Origin: an uncultured archaeon
Lineage (GTDB): Archaea; Iainarchaeota; Iainarchaeia; Iainarchaeales; CSSED10-239
Reading direction: 5' to 3'
Assembly: GCA_964496765.1 (NCBI GenBank)
Contig: CAZCAP010000002.1
Coordinates: 1-32,000, forward strand
Length of the DNA: 32,000 nt
Under the pieces are notes generated by a model. The model did not search any database and was not told where the DNA came from. It saw only the letters and a program-made list of their open reading frames with translations. The position numbers and the translations under genes were made by a program. Of this stretch, positions 26,408 to 32,000 are shown piece by piece. The stretch's first letter is position 1; the number at the start of each line of letters is the position of its first letter.

Positions 26408-28789
26408 ATGATACCAGATAAATGGACTAAGGATCTTGAAAAAGAAATAATTAATGATTTTATTGATAAAAGGATATTCGATTTCTCAATCTCTGAAGAT
26501 AAACCAGTCTATAGTATAGACACTCCTCCTCCATATCTTAATAGACCAGTTCATATTGGTCAAGCAACAACCTATGCAATCATGGACATGATTGCAAGAT
26601 ATAAAAGAATGAAAGGTTTTAAGATTATCTTCCCACTTGGATTGGATAGGAATGGATTACCAATTGAAATGGAAGCAGAAAAAAAATTTAAAGTTTCAGT
26701 TTTAACAACTCCAAGAGAAGAATACCTAAACAAATGCAAAGAACTATTGCAAGAATATTCTGGAGAAACCCAAAAAAGCTTTAGAGAAATAGGAATCTCA
26801 TTTAGTTCATGGGATAACTATGAAATGATTGGAGGAGTTTATGAAACTGATTCTCCAAGATACAGACAATTAACTCAAAAAACATTTATTGATCTTTATA
26901 AAAGAGGATTAATATATGAAGATGAAAAAATAGCTAACTATTGTCCTGGATGCTCAACAACAATAGCTGATTCAGAAATAGATTACAAAGAGATTGAATC
27001 TTTATTTAACACTGTTTTGTTTACAGTTAAGGAAACAGGAGAAAAAATACCAATTGCAACCACAAGACCAGAACTTATTTGTTCAATTGGAATGGTTATA
27101 TTTAATCCAGAGGATGAAAGATGGAAAAAGCTAGAAGGAAAGACAGCAGTAACTCCATTGTTCAATATTGAGGTTCCTATTAAAGCACATCCACAAGCAA
27201 AAATGGATAAGGGAACTGGATTAGTTATGATGTGCTCTGCTGGAGACTACTCAGACATTAGATTTTTCAGAGAACAAAATATTAAACCAATCATATCCAT
27301 TGATATTTCTGGAAAAATGAATAAGAACGCTGATGAGTTTGAAGGCCTCTATGTTAAAAAAGCAAGAGAAGCAATTATTGAAAGATTATTAAAAGATGAA
27401 TTAATAACTGAGCAAAAGAAGATACAACATGAGGTTCCAATCTGTGAAAGATCAAAGCATGAGGTTGAATTTATTGCTCAAAGAGAATTTTATTTAAAAC
27501 AACTAGATTATATTGAAGACATTAGAAAAATATCAAATGAAATTAATTTTACAAACCCACTAAGCAAGAAAATACTCGAGGATTGGTTAAATACAATCTC
27601 AACTGATTGGCCAATCTCAAGAAGAAGATTCTATGCAACAGAGGTTCCTCTCTGGTATTGTAAGAAATGCAATGAAATCATTCTTGGAGACGATACTAAA
27701 TATCAAAGACCATGGTGTGAAGATCCAACAACCAAGGCATGCCCTAAATGCGGAGGAACAGAATTTATTGGAGAAAAAAGAGTTCTGGATACCTGGTTTG
27801 ATTCATCAAACTCAGCTCTCTATATTCAAGGATATGGAACTCCATTCTTTGATGAGCATCCAATCTGTTCACTAAGACCACAGGGAAAGGAAATAGTTAG
27901 GACCTGGTTGTATTATACGTTACTTAAGGGATATTTGATTAATAAAAAACCAATGTTTGAAAACGTTTATGTTCATCAGCACATTCTTGATGGAAATGGA
28001 TATAAGATGTCTAAATCCAAAGGAAACATAATCAACCCTCAGGACGCAACAGGAAAATATGGAGCAGAAAGCTTTAGGCTTTGGGCTGTATCAGAAGGAA
28101 ATCTTGATCAAAAGGATTTTAAGTGCTCACTTGATAAAATATCAACTGAACAAAAGACTCTGAACAAGTTATGGAACATAGCTAAATTTATTTCTCAATT
28201 TAAGAAGATTCCAGAAACTCAATCAAAATACACAGAAACAGATAAATGGATATTAAATGAAATAAATCAATTAACTAAAGAGGTTGAAGAAGGTTATGAA
28301 AAATATGATTTCCATGGTCCAATCATAAAAATAAAACATTTCATTTGGGATACCTTTTCAAGTCATTATCTTGAGCTTGTAAAAACAAGATGCTATAACC
28401 CAGAGAGTGAATTCACGAAGGAAGAACAGAATGGAGCAATAGAAGCACTTAATCAAGTTTTAGTTAAGCTTCTTTACCTAATGTATCCAATAACCCCATT
28501 CATTAGTAAAAGAATACTTGAAGAAAACTATAATATAAACATTTATACAGAAACATTTCCCAAAATTGAAGAATTCAAATCAAAAATCAAAACAGAGGAT
28601 ATTGAAAAAATTAATAATGCAATCTGGAAAGCAAAGAAGGATGCATCAATTTCCCTAAAAGAAAAGATAAATAAAGTAATGCTATCAAATATATATAAAG
28701 ATATTGAGATGGATTTAATTAAAACACACAACATTTTAAACATAGAATACACAGAAGATAAGGAGATAGAGGTTGTTGTAAATGCATAA
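26408..28789 (+). CDS. valS: Valyl-tRNA synthetase (class I aaRS)
   Basis: NRPVHIGQA (HIGH-type), CPGCSTTIADSEIDYKE, RVLDTWFDSS, LRPQGKEIVRTWLYY, KMSKSKGNIINP. Assignment to Val rather than Leu/Ile is by overall motif pattern. Confidence 0.83.
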   Translation: MIPDKWTKDLEKEIINDFIDKRIFDFSISEDKPVYSIDTPPPYLNRPVHIGQATTYAIMDMIARYKRMKGFKIIFPLGLDRNGLPIEMEAEKKFKVSVLTTPREEYLNKCKELLQEYSGETQKSFREIGISFSSWDNYEMIGGVYETDSPRYRQLTQKTFIDLYKRGLIYEDEKIANYCPGCSTTIADSEIDYKEIESLFNTVLFTVKETGEKIPIATTRPELICSIGMVIFNPEDERWKKLEGKTAVTPLFNIEVPIKAHPQAKMDKGTGLVMMCSAGDYSDIRFFREQNIKPIISIDISGKMNKNADEFEGLYVKKAREAIIERLLKDELITEQKKIQHEVPICERSKHEVEFIAQREFYLKQLDYIEDIRKISNEINFTNPLSKKILEDWLNTISTDWPISRRRFYATEVPLWYCKKCNEIILGDDTKYQRPWCEDPTTKACPKCGGTEFIGEKRVLDTWFDSSNSALYIQGYGTPFFDEHPICSLRPQGKEIVRTWLYYTLLKGYLINKKPMFENVYVHQHILDGNGYKMSKSKGNIINPQDATGKYGAESFRLWAVSEGNLDQKDFKCSLDKISTEQKTLNKLWNIAKFISQFKKIPETQSKYTETDKWILNEINQLTKEVEEGYEKYDFHGPIIKIKHFIWDTFSSHYLELVKTRCYNPESEFTKEEQNGAIEALNQVLVKLLYLMYPITPFISKRILEENYNINIYTETFPKIEEFKSKIKTEDIEKINNAIWKAKKDASISLKEKINKVMLSNIYKDIEMDLIKTHNILNIEYTEDKEIEVVVNA

Positions 28790-29282
28790 AGAAAGAAAAA
28801 CCACCTTTTTAGGGGATATGATTTTCATAGTTATTCTTGTTGTTGCTATTTACTTTGCAATGACCCTCCTATCTGGAAATCAAATAACAAAAATGAGTAA
28901 AATTAATGATTCCTTTGATGTAACCCAGGACAATCTAATTCCTGAAAATCAAAGTGCATATATTGCTGATTTGGCTCTGCTTAGTGATGCCACACACACA
29001 AAACCAATCATAGATTACATTAATTTGAATAAAGATTCAATTAAAATAAATAGATTAGTAAATTATAATCTAATAAGCAATGAAAGATGCATTTCGAAAA
29101 CATTATATTTAGAAATCAATTCCTTTGTTCAAAAGCAGGACGCTCTTCAGGATACTTTTGAGAAACTAAACTCCCAAAAGTTAAATAAAATATATTGGAA
29201 TCAATATACTGATAATCTAACAACAAGAAATGAATATAGAAACCTAAGAACTGAATCCATGAAGCTTGAGATTTGTAACTAA
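28782..29282 (+). CDS. Uncharacterised small membrane-anchored protein
   Basis: N-terminal TM helix MIFIVILVVAIYFAMTLLSG followed by a 130-aa soluble part. Overlaps the valS stop by 8 nt. Confidence 0.6.
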   Translation: MHKERKTTFLGDMIFIVILVVAIYFAMTLLSGNQITKMSKINDSFDVTQDNLIPENQSAYIADLALLSDATHTKPIIDYINLNKDSIKINRLVNYNLISNERCISKTLYLEINSFVQKQDALQDTFEKLNSQKLNKIYWNQYTDNLTTRNEYRNLRTESMKLEICN

Positions 29283-29295
29283 TTTTTGAGAATAT

Positions 29296-29883
29296 ATGTT
29301 TAATGAAATTGCGAATGGAGCAGAAGCAAAAATACTTGTTCATAAATTGTTTGGCAAAGAAGTAATAACTAAGCAAAGAATATCTAAAGACTATAGAAAC
29401 AAACTATTGGATACAAGAATAATTAAGCAAAGAACCAAGAGTGAGGCTCTTCTTTTAAAGAAAGTAAAGGAGATTGGGTTATACTCTCCAAGCTTGTACT
29501 ATGTAGGAAGAGATAAGATAGTCATGGAATACCTAGCCAATACAAATGAACATCATAGGCATCTGGACGAAATTGGAAAGAACATAGCAACACTTCATAA
29601 TAATAATATCATTCATGGGGATCTTAATCTAATTAACATAATTACAACTAAAAATAAAAAAGCAAAAACAAAGATATATTTTATTGATTTTGGACTAGGA
29701 TCCATATCAAATAAGATTGAAGACAAGGCAACTGATCTTCTAGTTCTCAAGAAAACCCTATTATCTCTTAAAAAAACAGAAAATCTATGGAAAGGAATGC
29801 TTTTTGGCTATGAAAAAGAAACAAAAAACAAAGAAATAATAAATAAAATAAAAGAAATAGAAGCAAGAGGGAGATATCTATAA
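29296..29883 (+). CDS. bud32: KEOPS-associated kinase Bud32
   Basis: GAEAKI, KQRISKDYRNKLLDTRIIKQRTKSEALLL, IIHGDLNLINI, IYFIDFGLGSIS, EDKATDLLVLKKTL. Confidence 0.9.
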   Translation: MFNEIANGAEAKILVHKLFGKEVITKQRISKDYRNKLLDTRIIKQRTKSEALLLKKVKEIGLYSPSLYYVGRDKIVMEYLANTNEHHRHLDEIGKNIATLHNNNIIHGDLNLINIITTKNKKAKTKIYFIDFGLGSISNKIEDKATDLLVLKKTLLSLKKTENLWKGMLFGYEKETKNKEIINKIKEIEARGRYL

Positions 29884-30023
29884 ACTAGTTAAAAAACCCA
29901 AAAGATAATATATAAAAAGAAATCGACACATTAAATATATATTAATATCATCTTTTTATAGATTATATATTATATTAAAGGCTATAAATCAATATGAATG
30001 GAAATAAAAGAGTATGATTAAAT

Positions 30024-30446
30024 ATGGAAGAAACAAATAAAGAAAGAACAGAACATAGAACTGATAAGTTCGACAAGAAAGAAATTTATGATAAAATTAT
30101 TGAACTTACAAAAAAGGGAGAACCAAAAGCAAAGATTGGTCTAGCACTTAAAAAAATGAAGGTTCGCTCAATTAAGAAAGTTACAGGAAAAAGATTATCA
30201 AAGGTACAGGATGAACTAAAACTCACATCAAAAAACGAAATACCTGATGATTTAATGGCATTAATCAAGAAAGCAGTTAAGCTAATTAAACACAAAGATT
30301 CAAATAAAAAAGATATGACCTCCAAAAGAGGATATCAATTAACTGTTTCTAAAATAAATAGATTAAGAAATTATTATATAAGACAAGGTAAACTACCAAA
30401 AGGATGGATTTATTCTGATGATAGTGCAAAACTACTTGTAAAGTAA
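30024..30446 (+). CDS. rpsO: 30S ribosomal protein S15 (uS15)
   Basis: EPKAKIGLALKKM..., KHKDSNKKDMTSKRGYQLTVSKINRLRNYYIRQGKLPKGWIYS. Confidence 0.9.
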   Translation: MEETNKERTEHRTDKFDKKEIYDKIIELTKKGEPKAKIGLALKKMKVRSIKKVTGKRLSKVQDELKLTSKNEIPDDLMALIKKAVKLIKHKDSNKKDMTSKRGYQLTVSKINRLRNYYIRQGKLPKGWIYSDDSAKLLVK

Positions 30447-30460
30447 AGGGTTGATAATAA

Positions 30461-31033
30461 ATGGTTGAAAAAAAAAGAACAGTAGATAATTGGAAAAAGA
30501 AAAAATGGTTTGTAATAACTGCAGACCCAATTTTTGATGGTAAAGAAATAGCAAAAACAGTTGCTATTGAAAACAAAAGCCTAACTGGAAGAACAATTAA
30601 GAAAACACTTGATTCCCTAACAGGAAACATCAGGGATTCTGCCTATGTTATTACTTTCAAGGTTGATAAGATCACTGGTGGGAAAGCAGAAACAAGCATA
30701 GCTAACATGGAAACTAAACCAGGCCATCTAAAAAGAATGATTAGAAGAATGAAATCAAAAATTGAAGATATTATTTATATCACAACAAAAGATGGACATA
30801 AACTTAAACTAAAACTTCTTTTCATAACAGGTGCAAAGTATAGTACTCAAACAAGAACTGAAGCTAGAAACCAAATGAGAACAATATTCATGGAAGAACT
30901 TAAAGATAAAGGCCTGAAAGAAGTTTGGAGCGAAATTATTTTCCAAAAAATATCTGAAAAATGCAAGAAAAAACTTGCAAAACTTGGATTTGTAAACAAA
31001 ATAATTATCTCCAAGGCAAAGTTGGTTGAGTGA
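30461..31033 (+). CDS. rps3ae: 30S ribosomal protein S3Ae (eS1)
   Basis: DNWKKKKWFVITADPIFDGKEIAKT, TRTEARNQMR. Follows S15. Confidence 0.9.
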   Translation: MVEKKRTVDNWKKKKWFVITADPIFDGKEIAKTVAIENKSLTGRTIKKTLDSLTGNIRDSAYVITFKVDKITGGKAETSIANMETKPGHLKRMIRRMKSKIEDIIYITTKDGHKLKLKLLFITGAKYSTQTRTEARNQMRTIFMEELKDKGLKEVWSEIIFQKISEKCKKKLAKLGFVNKIIISKAKLVE

Positions 31034-31054
31034 GGGTCTAAAACCTGATAAAAA

Positions 31055-31768
31055 ATGATCTCAACAATTTTACTTTATTTTCTTATTTTTATTTTTTTAG
31101 GATTATTACTTAACTTTATAGGTAAGTATGATCTTATTACAATCTCAGTGGTATATGTAGTCGCTAGTTTGTTCATGTACTTTGTGGACATATATGCGGT
31201 TGTATATCTTGTGCTATTCTTTGGAATATCAGAAAGCGTAACTTCACTATTTAATAAGAAGCACGCACAAAGAACCTATAAAAATCTACTTGGAAACTGC
31301 CTTGCAAGCATCATATTCCTTATAGCTGGAGCAATAACAGAGTATTTTTCACCAGGTTCATTCATTTATTTTGGGGTTGGAGCCCTAGCTGGAATATCAG
31401 CAGCCTTTTCAGATACCCTATCTTCAGAGATTGGTTATCTTTCAAGCAAAAAGCCAAGAATGATAACCACATTTAGAAAGGTTGAAAAAGGGATTGATGG
31501 TGGAATTACTTTTCTTGGAACAGCAGCAGCAGCTCTTGGAGCACTAATTACTGCTATGTTCTTCTGGTTTGTTAACACAATAGGAGTAAACCTTGTATAT
31601 ACAACTAAGATAATTATTGTTGTTGCTGTTTGTGGACTAGTTGGGTCATTGATTGATAGTATAATTGGGGGACTCTTTGAGACAAAGGGATATCTTAATA
31701 ATTCCCAAACTAATTTTCTTGCAACTTTTATAACTGGACTAATTGCTCTTCTTATAATGACTATTTAA
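31055..31768 (+). CDS. DUF92-family integral membrane protein (VTE6/phytyl-phosphate-kinase-like superfamily)
   Basis: GNCLASIIFLIAG, GALAGISAAFSDTLSSEIGYLSSKKPRMITTFRKVEKGIDGGITFLGTAAAALGAL, GLVGSLIDSIIGG. Confidence 0.8.
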   Translation: MISTILLYFLIFIFLGLLLNFIGKYDLITISVVYVVASLFMYFVDIYAVVYLVLFFGISESVTSLFNKKHAQRTYKNLLGNCLASIIFLIAGAITEYFSPGSFIYFGVGALAGISAAFSDTLSSEIGYLSSKKPRMITTFRKVEKGIDGGITFLGTAAAALGALITAMFFWFVNTIGVNLVYTTKIIIVVAVCGLVGSLIDSIIGGLFETKGYLNNSQTNFLATFITGLIALLIMTI

Positions 31769-31809
31769 AACATCTTTTTTTATAATGTATAGCACACAAT
31801 CATTTGACT

Positions 31810-32000
31810 ATGGAAACAAGACTTGAAAAAATTAAGTTTGTTATTTGGTTTGTTGTTCTTTATTCAGTTCTTCTCACCATTGGACTTAAATTAATTGGGA
31901 AGATGCTCATTAAAATCGATGTGTGGATAATTGAAAGGGTTCTTGGGAACATAATAAACTACAACTCATTTGTATTTGTACCAGAATGTAGTGGGGTTGT
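31810..32000 (+). CDS. Archaeosortase/exosortase-family protein, N-terminal fragment (runs off the right window edge)
   Basis: Frame from the ATG at 31810: METRLEKIKFVIWFVVLYSVLLTIGLKLIGKMLIKIDVWIIERVLGNIINYNSFVFVPECSGV. ECSG matches the catalytic-Cys motif of this family. Not in the ORF track because it is truncated. Confidence 0.6.
   Translation, partial: METRLEKIKFVIWFVVLYSVLLTIGLKLIGKMLIKIDVWIIERVLGNIINYNSFVFVPECSGV

Noticed and set aside
26408-28789. HIGQ instead of HIGH in valyl-tRNA synthetase as a sign of inactivity
   Set aside because: Class I synthetases tolerate substitutions at the last position, and the KMSKSKGN, zinc-ribbon-like and editing-domain motifs are intact. Regarded as normal variation.
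1020-29376. Many 60-136-aa antisense ORFs in the track (for example 6544..7101 +, 9470..9880 -, 4870..5271 -, 21148..21345 -, 29116..29376 -)
   Set aside because: They lie opposite or out of frame with well-recognised genes, have low-complexity compositions typical of shadow ORFs, and match no recognised family.
1-32000. CRISPR array, diversity-generating retroelement or toxin-antitoxin operon
   Set aside because: No regularly spaced short repeats, no reverse transcriptase or TR/VR pair, and no recognised toxin or antitoxin fold. The variable C-termini are whole-segment differences rather than adenine-specific substitutions.
1-32000. rRNA or tRNA genes
   Set aside because: None recognised by eye in intergenic gaps, which are mostly short and very AT-rich. 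A tRNAscan-SE/Infernal run would be needed to exclude an intron-containing tRNA.

Overview
32 kb of an AT-rich, gene-dense archaeal chromosome. The information-processing gene set (Orc1/Cdc6, PriL, RpoK, RpoL, Csl4, pelota, NAC, eS1/S3Ae, S15, Bud32, Cdc48) and very compact layout suggest a DPANN-like archaeon, but I cannot fix the lineage from sequence alone. Most of the window is ordinary housekeeping genes. The most unusual content is between about 17.8 and 26.3 kb: (i) four copies of a small gene family. Each copy has a near-invariant ~36-aa N-terminal membrane segment (M[DN]K..M.IL.LIVGLIIG..VGWLIFNGA[ST]STG[DE]AK), followed by an unrelated, variable, Cys-rich C-terminal part. Each is also preceded by a conserved ~70-nt promoter/leader. 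(ii) An apparently perfect 672-bp tandem duplication (17821-18492 / 18493-19164). It duplicated one of these genes together with the divergent promoter region and the first 249 nt of orc1/cdc6, including an ORB-like TCCAGTGGA motif. Other points worth a second look are a wHTH / NFACT-R (Rqc2-like) / Cdc48 gene cluster near pelota (possible archaeal ribosome-quality-control locus), a tail-anchored protein directly downstream of sepF, split FlaJ/TadB-TadC-like genes with two pilins at the left edge, and a partial archaeosortase-like gene at the right edge. I did not recognise any CRISPR array, transposase, rRNA or tRNA.
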